Source: Amphiscolops sp. MND2022
Taxonomy: Eukaryota
Assembly (NCBI GenBank): GCA_964187785.1
Contig: OZ076409.1
Coordinates: forward strand, 92,444,001 to 92,508,000
Direction of reading: 5' to 3'
Length of the DNA stretch: 64,000 nucleotides
Of this stretch, positions 25,401-36,900 are shown one piece after another (position 1 is the stretch's first letter; every line of letters starts with the position of its first letter). A program made the translations under genes and the position numbers. Under the pieces are notes generated by a model. It ran no database searches and was not told the origin of the DNA. It saw only the letters and a list, made by a program, of their open reading frames with translations.

Positions 25401-27495
25401 AAACAAGTTCAAGGTTGGTAATCAATTCTTCGGGTGAGTGTGCTGCAATTCCAATATCGTCAACATATTGGGCACAGCGGTCCGCTTTGACCAAGGGGTC
25501 CAAATACTCACGGATTACTCCTGTAAATGCTGACAAAGAACGATTAAGACCTTGTGCTAGACGTAAAAATGCAAAAGTTCTAGACCCAAAATTAAACGAT
25601 AACAGTTGGACAGATTGCTCATCGGCCATTGGAATGCAATGGTAGGCCTGGGAACAATCAAGTTTGCAGAAGTACTTTTTCCCGGCCATGTGTTGGGCAG
25701 CGTCAGCAATTGTTGTTACGGGATGATTGTGCTCACCGTAATCGTTTTTGATCAGGTGGTTTATTCTTCTCAAGTCAACTAAAATCCTCAATTTACCATT
25801 AGGTTTACGCTGAGCAAATATCGGGGAAGAGTATTTGCTGTGAGGCAAAGTAGTTATAATCCCGTACTCTTGCATTAGGGCTAATTCCACGAGCAAATCG
25901 TCCTTCAAATTTGTCGGAGTCGGGAGACTTTGTGAATAAACAGGTTCTTCATGTTGAGGTGTTAACTTAACTTTAAAATCAGTGTTCATGCCAATATCAA
26001 AACGATGTCTAGCAAAAATGGAGTTGTACTTTACCAGCAACTCCTCTACCTGTAACCGTTGAGACGGAGTAAGAAGCGAGTCGTCCCAGTTGAAGTTCTT
26101 CAGGAAGTTCATCCGTTGTTCATCGGATTGGGACGGGTCAAGCTTCTCGAGCTCTCGCAGTGCCAGAATCTCATCATAAATCCGTCGCTCAATTGCGTTG
26201 AGTTTGTCTGGCTCACTGCACGTCTCGGGAGTTGGGTACCACTTGGTTGACTTCATTTCAGGGTTCACGAACAGTTGGTTGATCACTGCTTCGGCTTCAT
26301 CTGGATACTTGGTGATCAAGTTCAAGTGTTCGACTGGCATGGGCGTGATGTTTGCTGCCTGGTGTGGTGTCGGGATGCGAAAGTGTGCCAGAGTGGTGTT
26401 GGCTTCAAGTGTGTACGTGTGGTTGTTTGGGTTGGTGACCTGGATTGTCGTCTTGCCCTCGTCTAGGTCAACCAAAGCTGGAGAAACAAGCAAACACGTC
26501 TTTCGCATGAATCCAGGTGAGCCCTCAACTGTACCAGTTGTAAGTGAGATGTCCGCGTCACTGTGGACCTGTATCATCACTTGATGGAGAGGAGGGATCA
26601 CTGTTCTAGTACTGGAACACAAATCAATTAAACCAGTTTTGAATCTGTTGTTCTTTTGCTGTCTAACTTGCATGGACATCATGTGATTAGGGAAGTGGAC
26701 AAGGTGGTTTTTGATGTCTAAGTTGACTGAGTACTTTTCAAAAAAGGACATTCCAATTAAAATTGTTCCCATTGTTGGAAGGATTAGGAACGTTTCTTCG
26801 AATACTTTTCCAGCAACGTAAAATCTAAGTAAGACTTGCTTACGCACTGGGACTAAGTTCCCGTTTGCTATTTGAATTTTGAAATTCGGAGGGGGGAATT
26901 CTTGAAGGATGGCTTCTGGATGAGCCGTTGTTATTTTTCGCAGTTCGGCTTCAGACATTGCACTTTGTATTGCGCCTGTGTCTAAAAGTGCGCTGTTTTC
27001 GTATTTGTCAAACTGAAGAGGGACGTACAGCATTTTATCTTTCTTGTTTAAATGTAAAGTGGGACTGAGAACGTGAATTTCTGTTTTAATTGCATGTTTT
27101 TTAGTTTTTGAAACATTAATACTACTCTGTTTTGCATGTTTTTTAATACTAAGCCGTTTGTCGATTGTTGAGTGTGAAGTCGAGTCGTCGTCTAGATGGT
27201 GGGTTTCCATCTCTTTGGCATCTTCCACCTGCCTCATGGTGTTTGGTTGCCAGTTCATCGTTTGATCATCGTTGATTTCAGCGAGTGGAGAAAAGCGGCT
27301 GCCGTTGAGTTGACGTGCATTTCTCATCGCTTTTTCATCGTTGGAAAGTCTTCGCTGATAGACGTCGTCAGCTTTTGGTCGTTTGTCCAATGAAGGCTGC
27401 CATTTCTTCATTGGACGGTCGTGTGTAGTCGGTTGAGTCGAAAGTCGTTGGTCGCGCGTTGTGTTTCTAGCGGGTGGAAATCGTGGCGGAATCAA
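22402..27495 (-). CDS. pol: Pol polyprotein of element A (protease, dUTPase-like linker, reverse transcriptase, RNase H, integrase with GPY/F)
   Basis: Uninterrupted 1697-codon frame: LLDTGA (PR), YVDD (RT), CDAS (RH), H..GH...CENC plus D/D/E (IDIVGP, TDKG, MVER), WKGPY. The track start is a TTG at the gag stop; the frame is most likely entered by a -1 frameshift. Confidence 0.96.
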   Translation of the reverse strand: MIPPRFPPARNTTRDQRLSTQPTTHDRPMKKWQPSLDKRPKADDVYQRRLSNDEKAMRNARQLNGSRFSPLAEINDDQTMNWQPNTMRQVEDAKEMETHHLDDDSTSHSTIDKRLSIKKHAKQSSINVSKTKKHAIKTEIHVLSPTLHLNKKDKMLYVPLQFDKYENSALLDTGAIQSAMSEAELRKITTAHPEAILQEFPPPNFKIQIANGNLVPVRKQVLLRFYVAGKVFEETFLILPTMGTILIGMSFFEKYSVNLDIKNHLVHFPNHMMSMQVRQQKNNRFKTGLIDLCSSTRTVIPPLHQVMIQVHSDADISLTTGTVEGSPGFMRKTCLLVSPALVDLDEGKTTIQVTNPNNHTYTLEANTTLAHFRIPTPHQAANITPMPVEHLNLITKYPDEAEAVINQLFVNPEMKSTKWYPTPETCSEPDKLNAIERRIYDEILALRELEKLDPSQSDEQRMNFLKNFNWDDSLLTPSQRLQVEELLVKYNSIFARHRFDIGMNTDFKVKLTPQHEEPVYSQSLPTPTNLKDDLLVELALMQEYGIITTLPHSKYSSPIFAQRKPNGKLRILVDLRRINHLIKNDYGEHNHPVTTIADAAQHMAGKKYFCKLDCSQAYHCIPMADEQSVQLLSFNFGSRTFAFLRLAQGLNRSLSAFTGVIREYLDPLVKADRCAQYVDDIGIAAHSPEELITNLELVFQQLHKAGLKLSMSKCEFGQKQIEYLGKTISSTGIAPIEKRVTDYLTKLKPPNSVKALQRYLGFVNFYRSYIPRLADKTCCLQELIKKDVPFKLNQQHKDAIFEINESLLKATKVSLKLPLPDKQLVIMCDASEHAAGYVLLIEDYADPSVKHTYAPVAFGSKKFQGGQMSLTMYAKEFLAMHFAFDEFGHILWGAKKPIIVMTDNKALTRFFQAKHIPPSLWNFCDQTLQFNFLLAHVPGIENPAADYLSRLEIRPEDRVHLKLTDTIPIHRIEIDIASRTPKQEEDEPDYFPASEPLRCKRQKDVKEMKLATGTDVAHDDGKGMKFTNCERTAASDDFATDNHLTYRLTDVDEPIQLSQFIRKVSLSHPVMSQVSPAEGIDLIQVQKNNWVVQQMIRFLEGTEILQHPVNMQDQFFQKLYKNRKRLQVVNGVLYRQFFDHTGLESHKQLVVPEDCILKIIRTLHNSPVQGHPGLKKMLYELRKRYYSPNLACKVQKVLDGCENCMKSKSVKETQLRPPLQKIYDPCDGPEDLLEIDIVGPLPASNGFTHILTAVDVFSRYLFAVPLKRPDTHSVVRGLLSIFTKHAYVPKHILTDKGTAFTAELLSEIAKAADIHISHATIKHAQTIGMVERTHAKLKKILKISVNADRPQWDRYVDIAIMAHNTTYHDSLKCSPTEIFHGRTPYNSLDLQFRNANKPAETKCKDVNEILDKMNFIFRDNLDNIISAYHKYKTYYDRKARAQPLKVNEFVFLLDPKYDSQRSKEEFKTFHWKGPYKVIKVLSDSNYIIRKVGTHQTQCVHRMRLRLFKPEFPIDDINVSKHLYPDTERVEDTDIFDSNIPTTDEVDQNENDNLDQDLVEEEPSEETIPRVQEQHTPQVIPPEITTRIDYHQVETDHNNFRPPTVRFGTREEIILPPPRDESRIRVPLRDEQHENQSQQTNTQNEDEERMSPRPSRSNQSRYRLRENPTPKTYPDFLIHEITSARNELRKTNKIDVTI

Positions 27496-27501
27496 AAACC
27501 C
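27492..27501 (-). other. -1 ribosomal frameshift slippery site G_GGU_UUU at the gag stop
   Basis: The minus strand reads CAG GGT TTT TGA. Heptamer GGGTTTT (27501-27495) fits X XXY YYZ and sits directly before the gag TGA; pol is in the -1 frame. Confidence 0.8.
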
Positions 27502-28997
27502 TGATTTATGTCTTCATCAGAGTAGGTTTCTTGGTCTTCTTCTTCAGTGACTGCTTGCATAGGATTCATCGGCTTTTGTTGTCGTTTTAAGTCTTGTCTT
27601 CTAGTTCTGTTGTCATCTTGTGAATTCGTTGCGTATGGAATCTTTCCATATGCAGAACTGCTTTCTTTAGGTACACGTCGTCTGCAATCCCTTGCTGAGT
27701 GGCCTGTGTAACCGCAAATCTGGCAAACCAATTTTGGATTGTATTTCGGCTTATCTGGATCGGCTGCTTTCTTCATTGGGATTGCATCCTCCTTCTTTAT
27801 GCCGTTCGCTTCGTCTCGTTGTCGGGCGCGACATTCCGTTTTGCGGTGTCCTGTCTTTCCGCAGTAGAAACATTGTCCTTCAAACCGTTTTCGTTCTGTC
27901 GGTTGTGCGGTCGTCGTTGTTGTTGTAGGCTTCGTCGTTGTAATCGTAGGTGGTGCTGAGGAGGTGACCGCGTTGAATGGTTGGATTGCCGTAGGTGGCG
28001 CGACGTACTGCTGGTACTGGTATTTTCGCATTAGGTAGGTTTTGATTTCCTCTGGGGAGCTCTCTTCTTTGTTTGCCATGGTGAGCTCTTGTTGAATCTC
28101 GACTGGCAGTTTTCCAAACAGGAACATTTTGATTATTCTGTCGGCCTCATTGCCGAAGGCTTGTTTGGCAGTCTTCTTGAGATTTTTGAGGAAATCGCCG
28201 AATGTTTCTGTTGTGGGATCATAGCGTGCTTGATCCCATTTGTAACGGGCCACTTCCTTTAGATCCTCTTTTGCAAATTCTTTTCTGAAGAGGTCGAGTA
28301 CGTCCTTTAGTGTTGTCATTGGCGTTATCTGGATGGATTGCCAGTATTCTATTGCGTCATCTCTCAAAAGGCTTTGAAAGAAGTGTAGTTTGTTCTCCTC
28401 GGTGATTTTGTTGGCAAGCGGGCTAAGGTGGTTGAGGAGAAGGTGCTCAAATTCGACGAATTTGTCTTTTTGGCCTCTGAAATTTGGCACGTGTGTCTGC
28501 AGAAGCTTCGTGTTGGTGGTTGTGTTTTTGATCCGTTGGGGGATCGTCTCGATTGCATTGAGTAGTCGTTCCTCATTGCTTCTGGGGGTTGATTCTCCTT
28601 CGTCTGAATCGTCTTCTTGGTAACTTCTGAAGTTGGTGAAGCTGGTTGTCGGGCGGTTGGAGCGGGTTTCTGTAGCTCCTGTCACCATGTCGAGCCCTAC
28701 TGTGTGGGTCGGCTTTGAAGGACCTTTCGAGGTTGACTGTCGGTTTTCGGTGTCTGTCTTACTTATGACAGCCATCATTAAGTCCTTCAGTTGACTGAAC
28801 TCATTCTGTAGTTCGTTTATCTTTCTCTCATAACTCTCTTTTATTTCAGATAACTGAGACGAGATATCGGAAACCTCGTTGCTATCAGAATCATTGGCAG
28901 AAGACTGAGCCATGTCTGGGTCCGTTTGAACGGGTGTTTCTGATGAGGAACTAATAACTCTTCCGCTTCTGAGTTCGGTGCCTAGATCTGGGTTCAT
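27492..28997 (-). CDS. gag: Gag of element A (501 aa, two CCHC zinc knuckles); starts inside the 5' LTR
   Basis: CFYCGKTGHRKTEC and CQICGYTGHSARDC knuckles, with a capsid-like region. The ATG at 28997 lies 310 nt inside the LTR. Confidence 0.93.
   Translation of the reverse strand: MNPDLGTELRSGRVISSSSETPVQTDPDMAQSSANDSDSNEVSDISSQLSEIKESYERKINELQNEFSQLKDLMMAVISKTDTENRQSTSKGPSKPTHTVGLDMVTGATETRSNRPTTSFTNFRSYQEDDSDEGESTPRSNEERLLNAIETIPQRIKNTTTNTKLLQTHVPNFRGQKDKFVEFEHLLLNHLSPLANKITEENKLHFFQSLLRDDAIEYWQSIQITPMTTLKDVLDLFRKEFAKEDLKEVARYKWDQARYDPTTETFGDFLKNLKKTAKQAFGNEADRIIKMFLFGKLPVEIQQELTMANKEESSPEEIKTYLMRKYQYQQYVAPPTAIQPFNAVTSSAPPTITTTKPTTTTTTAQPTERKRFEGQCFYCGKTGHRKTECRARQRDEANGIKKEDAIPMKKAADPDKPKYNPKLVCQICGYTGHSARDCRRRVPKESSSAYGKIPYATNSQDDNRTRRQDLKRQQKPMNPMQAVTEEEDQETYSDEDINQGF
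28672..28687 (-). other. Primer-binding site of element A
   Basis: TGGTGACAGGAG begins immediately after the LTR CA and is complementary to a tRNA 3' end ...CTCCTGTCA-CCA. Identity (possibly Leu) is not verified. Confidence 0.7.
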
Positions 28998-30861
28998 AGA
29001 GGTGAGAGAAAAGGAATTATGAGTGAAGACTGGATTCTGGATGATTTTCGATGTATTTTACTATTTTGTGCCTTTATTCGAACTCAAATTCACTATTTCT
29101 GAACTTGAGATGTAAATGCGATGAGTCTTACAGTAAGACAAGGATACTAGTATAGAATGAGAATAGTTAACGAGGATTAAGTAGAGTTCATCCAAATTTC
29201 ATCGAACAGGTATCAATCAAGAAATTACTCAGAGTTGTGAAGGTAGCGTTTTTACGATGAATAAGAGATATGTTTTCTAGTTCAAATCTGTCGCAATTCG
29301 TCCAACTGGACAGTAGCTAATCGCAATTTCGGTCTGAGTAAACTCTAATGGCGGTCCAAAATTCAGCAGTTCACGTGTCTTTTCAGGCTGGTAAGACGCT
29401 AAATCTCTTACCAGCCGACTCTTATTGGCTATTGCCAGTTGGTGCTAATTGGTAAGTCACGTGACCGGTGTTGTGAACTGCCGCAAGTTGGCCAAACCAC
29501 ATGGTACATCTACATATGCTAATTATGACTAATCATCACTTTACAATGTCGCAATTGCCTGCACACAGTGTCATGGTTTCTATAGCAACTCAAATCATTC
29601 AATAATGTACTAATTTCAAGTCAAAACAGAGTAAACTGCATCACAGGATGAGAAAACGATGTTTTTCCAACTAATTCTAGCATTAAGATCAATACTTCAA
29701 AACCAAAGATGGAAACGCGATGAATTCGTCAGAATATTTGCTGATTTTCAAGTCTAGTTTTAGCTCTGGATGAAAATGCGATGAATGGTGGTCTTTTAGC
29801 TCGAAAATCAACACGATATGAACTGACGATGATAAAAGGATGAACTCTCCTCGAAAATAACTAATTTCCAGCACTAGTGAAATTGGCGATGAATTCAGGA
29901 TGAATTCAGCCAATAAAACAGGTGAAACAGCTAATTCTGCAGTGAAGACAAATATACGATGACTTTAGGATGAATACATTCAATAAAACAGCAAAATCTA
30001 ATGAATGAAATTCCAACGATGGGTTTAGGATGAACTCAACTGAAATTTCGGCTAATTCTAACGCAAGTCGAACTAGCGATGAATTTACGATGAACTAGTG
30101 ATGAGTTAAACTAATAAAACAGATATCCAGCACTTCACTCTTTTCTAGGATGAATTAAGGATGTACTTTCTCATTTCTTGTAGTTTCTGTTCAGGACGAT
30201 GAAATATAGATGTGTTATGCTCTTTTAAGAAATGAGAAGCACATTGAAGGTTAATAATCACAAAACGACGATGAGTATAGGATGGTTTTCATGCATTTTA
30301 AAGTCCCGTGAGATCCGCTGATGGATCACTAAATGAAATCAAATAAATGTCCCAAATTTTGTTCACCCGCAATCTTGGCGATGTGATTGCGATGAACCTT
30401 GATAATATAGCACTGTGATTTCACTAGTAAGTGAAGTTAAAGGATCACTAAGTCCGCTGATGGATTAGTGATGAACTTTTCTGAAAATCGTCACGACTAC
30501 AAGTCCTGAGGCGAGGGAGCTAGTAGAAGTTACATATTCCATTATTTCTACATCTCTCGGTCCAGTCTGACCGGAAAACTTCTCTCCCTTATCGTGACAA
30601 ACCAATATTGAATAAGATAGCACATTAAAAGCTATTGGCAAGATCATTTGTGCGGACACCGGAACTAGAGCGCTCAGTAATAAATAAATATATATAGCTC
30701 AAACTCAGGGGGGGTAGGGATTAAGGTACAAGTAACGTAGGGTTGCTCACAACCATGGCTCTTATTATATGACATCATATTGCCCATATCTAAGTACATA
30801 AGACATAATATTTACATTACAAATATTTAGTAGATTACATTTCCATCATGCTGGCATGACA
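28688..30861 (-). repeat. 5' LTR of element A (2174 bp)
   Basis: Copy of 11744-13917, followed on the minus strand by the PBS and gag. Confidence 0.96.
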
Positions 30862-33800
30862 ATTATCGTTGTATAGCTGACCAAAATCTGTTTTTGCATC
30901 TGGGGTTTAGGTCAACGCATACTTGTTTTAAAAAATGCGGATCGAAAGTTTTCTCCGTGATATCTTTAGCTTTTTGGTATCTTAGTGTTTATATAAAGAT
31001 GACGGTAATGATAAATATTCGATGGTATCTTAGTGTATAAAGATGACGATAATGATAAATATTCGAAAATTAAATTAATGAATGAGCGAGCCCTCAGAAA
31101 AAAAGAGAATTTAGTGTCTTTTAGTGTTTACATGAAAGCGTTTTTTTCATAGAGCATATATCCGATTCAAATCGTTATATCCGATTGATATCATGTTGCT
31201 TGAGTTAAATTACACGGAAAGGTGATGAAGAACGGAACAAAAGATGAGCCTGGGCAAGACAAATTTACATAACGGGTGGGCTGTTTTTAGTTGGCGCGAT
31301 AGGAAATGAAACGAGACTATTATCGTGGCTTATCGTATTCTTTCCTTTTTTTATTTCTTCCGCTCGAAATGGTCATTTTATGCCGAATGCCAAAAAACAA
31401 CGAAATTCTTACAAAATTGGTTTTTGATCGCAAAGTTTCTCCTTCTCAACTTTTCCAATTATTTGAAAAAAAGGAGATTTGAGGGTTGTTTTCGGTACTT
31501 TGAGTCTTTTCTTTAAAATGTTCAATTTTTTAAAAAGGGTCTCCTTTTGCCAATCCTTTTCCATTCCTGGCACTTTAAACTATTAAACACTTTCAAGTCT
31601 TCGTCTATTTTCGGCATTGTGAAATTGAGAATTTATTCAAAAGAGAGTCCTTTACTCTTCGAAGTACTTTTGCTCTTTTTGAGCCTCAAGTGGGGCGCCG
31701 ACTTATGCCGTTCCTATCTTGTTCTACTCATAAACGAGCGTATTTATCTTATAATAAAAGCTGGAGGAAAATCAGCTGAAAAAGCATACAATTTCAAGTG
31801 AAGAAGTCAAGCGAAAAAAGAACCATTAGAACTACATCGGGTATTTTAGATTTACAGGTAAAACAGGAATTTATCCGAGACAAATTCGTCTGCGTTTAGA
31901 TTGATAAAATAAAACTAGAGAATACTTGTCATACCTGTAACGAAAACTTTGCCTACACAAGTCAATTTGTACAGTTTTTTTTTAAATTTTAAATCGAAAC
32001 GTGACTCTACCTTCCGGGGGGCTTTAAAACCCCACGTATTTAATTTTTGTTCCTCTAAAACCCATGTTTTAAAAAATGGGGCTTTAATTTGGATCAGTTA
32101 CGGATAAATCACAAAAAACGCAAAAACTTGGCGATTGTGTTGACACTTTGGTTCACGAACGCCCAGTAATTTCATCAAGCTTGAGTGTTCGTTGACTACG
32201 TTATGCTAATTTTCTGCCTGTTTTCCAATAACGTGCTACTTGAACAAACCGGGAGCTTATTTACCGTATTTTTCACTTCATGTATATTCTCTACGCAAAA
32301 TGTGTCTGTTAATTTTGCTCGATTTGCGATTACGCAAAGCTTTTTGAGGTCATTTCACTCCTGTTGTTTCTACAATGTATGTTCAACATTTTTCCAAACA
32401 AACTGGACTCGACTGTTTTTCCATTGTACAGACGCTTTTTCGGCAAAACGAGATTGTTTCAATCAAGAATTAAATTTTTGGCTACATTAACACCACCTCC
32501 CCCCCACACACACACACACACCTCGTGGTTACCCGTTTTCCCAAGTTTAGTTTGATTGCATTGTCACAATCAATATACGCATTTCATTTTTTCGTGATTC
32601 GTAATGGATTTTACCATTCAGACAGAACGACTTTAAGATGTAAAAATAGTGAAGATGCGTATCCAGTAATCCTTCACTTTATTTTTGGTACGTTCTTTAA
32701 CGCAACCAGATTTTCTTTCAGTTTTTCACCATTCAATCCATTTTTGATTAACTTACTTATTCTTCCTGTTCCTTATCAACATAATTTCTTTGACAATTGG
32801 TACTGCTTGGCGAAACATGCTGGGTAGAAACAAAATTGTTTTCTAATTCAGTTCACATCAAATAAACTCTGTGACATGAAAAACAGTACGAATGATTTAG
32901 CAATATAAAATGCTTGAAAGATACGATTCATTTTATTCCCTATGGGCTAAGGAGCCGTTTTTCTTTGGATGTTTTTAAATCTAAAATGCGGCGTCGGTTG
33001 GACTCTTTCCGATTTTTTTTAAATTTGGATTTTTTTCAGCGATGTCCGAAAGAAGAAGGTAGCAACAATTGAACTTCGGAAAATTTGTTCTGCTCACAAA
33101 AAATATAACTTTTAATGAAATTAGGCGAAACTTTTCAACCACAGTGGATCTCATTAACAGCAATCTCTATTAGCCACTAATGGAATTTTTAATTCAAGTA
33201 TTTTTTATCGTGAATCAACAAGAAGTTCATAATTGATTTTTCGATACCAACTGTGGCAGAGTTCGTCGAGAATAATTCAATTAAAGTGTTTGGTTTCAAC
33301 GGGGAGTCAATTTGGGTTCAAAACTACCGACGTGTAATTTGGTCGCAATCGCATTACCACCAGTAGTACAAATTACCTTCATTTGAAATAATTTTGCTAA
33401 GATATCTGTATTTCCTGCTTGTAATTCGCACTTCCTCTCAAAAAGGGTGAAATTTTGCTTGAATGCAGCTGTAATTTATTAAAAAGATTTCCCTTTACTG
33501 ATGCCATTATAGTCTTTCTTGTCCATATATGCTTTTGAGATTTACAGACCAATAAATCTTAGAGAAACATCACGATAATAACCTATGTCTGCTCCTTAAA
33601 TTGTTAGTCTTGTATATTGTTTTTTTCCTAATTGCTGACTGGGCAAATGCTATTGGTTACTTACAATTTACGCTAACACTGTTTCTATTTTTCCTGACAA
33701 TAAATCCTCGAGTTATTGCCGTCCACTTTTGTGATGGAAAAGCAGTTGTTATGTTGTTTTGTTGTATTATTTCGCTACCGTTTATTGACTTTTCATACAA

Positions 33801-33952
33801 TTCTGGAGGCGGTGAAGTATTTACAGAGACTTTGACGGTTTGCCAGCTTAATTGTGTCACTTACTCTAACGTGGACTCTTCGAGAAAGTAGTTATCAGTA
33901 TAGAACACTCAATTATATTATCTGAGACATTCCATTTTTCTTTCCATCTTAA

Positions 33953-36900
33953 ATGTCATCCTTTGATTCTTGGGACGCTTTCTTCATTCCCTTATTATGC
34001 ATAGGGGTTCCGGTAAACCTGTTTTCCATTGGGTTCTGTCTGGCATTCCATCGCAAACTGCATGGACTGGCACTTTTCATTCTGAATCTGGCAATTGCAG
34101 ATTTTCTCCTTCTCTGCACCGGGTGGTTCTACAAATACAACCGAGTTTTCCCCATAGTCGCCAATTGGACCTGCAAACTCGTCACAGGCATGCTCAAAGC
34201 TTAAACTTTACAATTTTTTACAAAGTTTAAAACATTTTGAGGACCAGGTTTCTTATTCACACCTCCCCTTCTTTCGAATTCTCCCCCGCCCCCAACACGA
34301 AAGAACATTTATTTCTGAAGAAAATTATTCCAGTAATAAGAGATAATATTATGAATGTAAATACTTACAGGATTGTCTTTACAGCTGTTTCGACACTTCC
34401 AGCAAAAATGACCCTAATTTTTTGATATTTGTGTCCAAAATAGCAAAAATTCACGCTTGGAACAAGTTAAAATCATATGAAGAGATCCCTCTTTCAAAGC
34501 AAATTTTATGGATTATTCAAATATTTTATTGAACCAAAATTTCAACACAATCGATGTTGACATAATGGTATTCGAACTTTGTTTTTTATTTCCCCCGGGG
34601 CCGCTTGCGGGGGATCAGAAACATAGTCTCATTTTGTTTGCGCAAAATAAAATCAAAAACCTCCGCTAAACCAAGCCACATTTGAGGAACAACAAATTCA
34701 CTGAAAGGTTTCTTGATTGTTCAAATAGAGCATTCCCAGAGTTCGAAGCCATGGTATCCTTTCCAAGATCCACGGCAAGTTCCTTGCTAGCCTTGCCAAG
34801 ATCATGCCATGATCTTACCACGGTCATGGCAAGAATACCATGGCCATGCAAGATCGTGCAAAGGCTAACCATGATCTTGGCAAGGATGCCAAGATTAACC
34901 ATGTTCTTGACAAGGGTTCCATGGTAGAAAAAATCCGTTTTTTTTGGTAGCTCTGATTTTCTAATTATATTTATTTTTATTGCACTAGTTTCTATTGCAT
35001 TCTCGAATTTCAGTAATTTCAACACGTTACCTCAACAGGTGAGGTAATAGCAAGATTGACAAATCATAGCTAGAAAAGATGGTTTTCACACCGATATCGC
35101 AAACCCGCAAGTTGCAATAACTTGATTTGGAGTTTGTTTGGTATGATAATTTATTATAGTAGTAACAATGCCGTGCTCTCAAGTAACAAAACTCGATTAT
35201 TAGATGCACGTTATTGAGAAGTTTTGGATACGTTTCTGTGTAAAAAAGCTCTTTTCGATAAATAAAGGTTATGTCCGAAGTTATCACAAGGGTTTATTCA
35301 GAAATTGGAGACGGCAAGAATTTCTTGTGAAAAGAATAAATTATACAATTAAAAGCAGCTCACATGTCTTACCATTGTTATCTTGCCATGATCTTGCCAA
35401 GGGTACCATGGTTAACCATGATGTAGCAAGATTAGCCATGATCATGGCAAGTGTTCCATGGCTTCGAACACTGGGTACTCATGCTAGTTCGAACCCTCGA
35501 AGAATAAGTTCGTGCTGCAATTCATGAATCACCAGAATCACTACTGTATTGCTTCAACTTAAACAGCTCAAAATGCTACAATATTCTTTACAGTTTGAGC
35601 TCGAAGAATATCAAAAACATTCTTGACATAGAAGAAATTGAAAAAGTTTTAATGATCTAATAAGAAATCGCAATATTATCGATTTTTCTTGAGCAACTCT
35701 GGTTTCACAACCTGAGAACTCGGATTCAAAACAATATACGATTCAATGAATTAATGGAATTATATGGTTCCATACGTTATTTTGACGTTTCAATGGAATT
35801 ATGACAATATTGTTCTTTTTTAATTTCGTGCTAGCTGTAACTGCAATATAAATTGACAATTTATTCAGATGATCACAAAAATAAAACGGGTTGCATCCGA
35901 CAATGTCTCCTGGTTTACATAAAGTTTACTTTGATCATTCAGAGAGTTTTTCTTCAAGAGGAAGATGCTATGATGCATACACAATCTTGTAGGCTTTTCG
36001 ATTTTGTCAATTTAGAAGTGACTGAAAAGAAATTGCTACACAGAAGTCAACAAAGAAATTGCTACACAGAAGTCAACTTACTGATTAATACAGACTTTCA
36101 CTTATTGCCCAGTGCAGAACCCGCCAAATACAAACTCTAGGATGAATAATACCCCCAGGAGGGGGTTTTAAGTTAGCTGCCTGAAAATTTTTCTCCGTAT
36201 GAGTGTGCTGATAACGGAAAGCCGGCTCCAATGTTTATGGAAAAACAAAGATCCCGGGTCGTTCTATGTACATAATGAAGGGTTTGAAATGTTTTCGTAG
36301 AGATTTTTCTTATTCTAAAGACATCATGAGACTCATTTAGTTCAATACGAAACAGCATATGGTACCAAGCATGGAAACACATGGAACGCATGGATGCCAT
36401 GGTGTCATCTATGGAATTGTATTGATCATACAGTTCCATGTATAAAATTGAACGAAATGCTTACGAATTCGGACCCGGGAAGTCTTCCAGAAGCCCCAAG
36501 TTTTTATTCTTTATTTTCCAGTTCAAAAAAGAGAAGCAGAAATCATCATTGTTTGAAAGCTTTTGATGACATATTGTAAATAAAAGTAAAATACTCTTCT
36601 GAACATGAAGTATTGCTGCATCTTCACATTTTGGGCTTGTCTATCTGCTCAAAGCCATCGACATTGCGTCGCTACATGCCTCTTGTGGAACTTTAGTCCT
36701 TGTTGCCTACACCCGGTTGAAAATCGTGAACGGAGAACAAACTGCGATCGCATCTAGACGACTGTGTATTTCGAAATCCAAGGATTCCCTCTTTTGTTTG
36801 GCAATCTGGGTTCTTGGTATCTCCATGTCTTGCCCATTGGCATTCGCCATGACGAATACAGAGGACAATTATGGCTGTTATTCCACCTTATCTGACACGA

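Larger units (their letters stand above)
11744..30861 (-). mobile_element. Full-length Ty3/Gypsy LTR retrotransposon A (19,118 bp), recent insertion
   Basis: Direct repeats 11744-13917 and 28688-30861 with TG...CA ends. Perfect 5-bp TSD ATTAT (11739-11743 / 30862-30866). Intact gag and pol in PR-RT-RH-IN order (Gypsy). PBS abuts the 5' LTR. Confidence 0.97.

Noticed and set aside
31325..33891. Short hydrophobic ORFs upstream of the GPCR
   Set aside because: Composition typical of random T-rich frames; no motifs or consistent splice structure.
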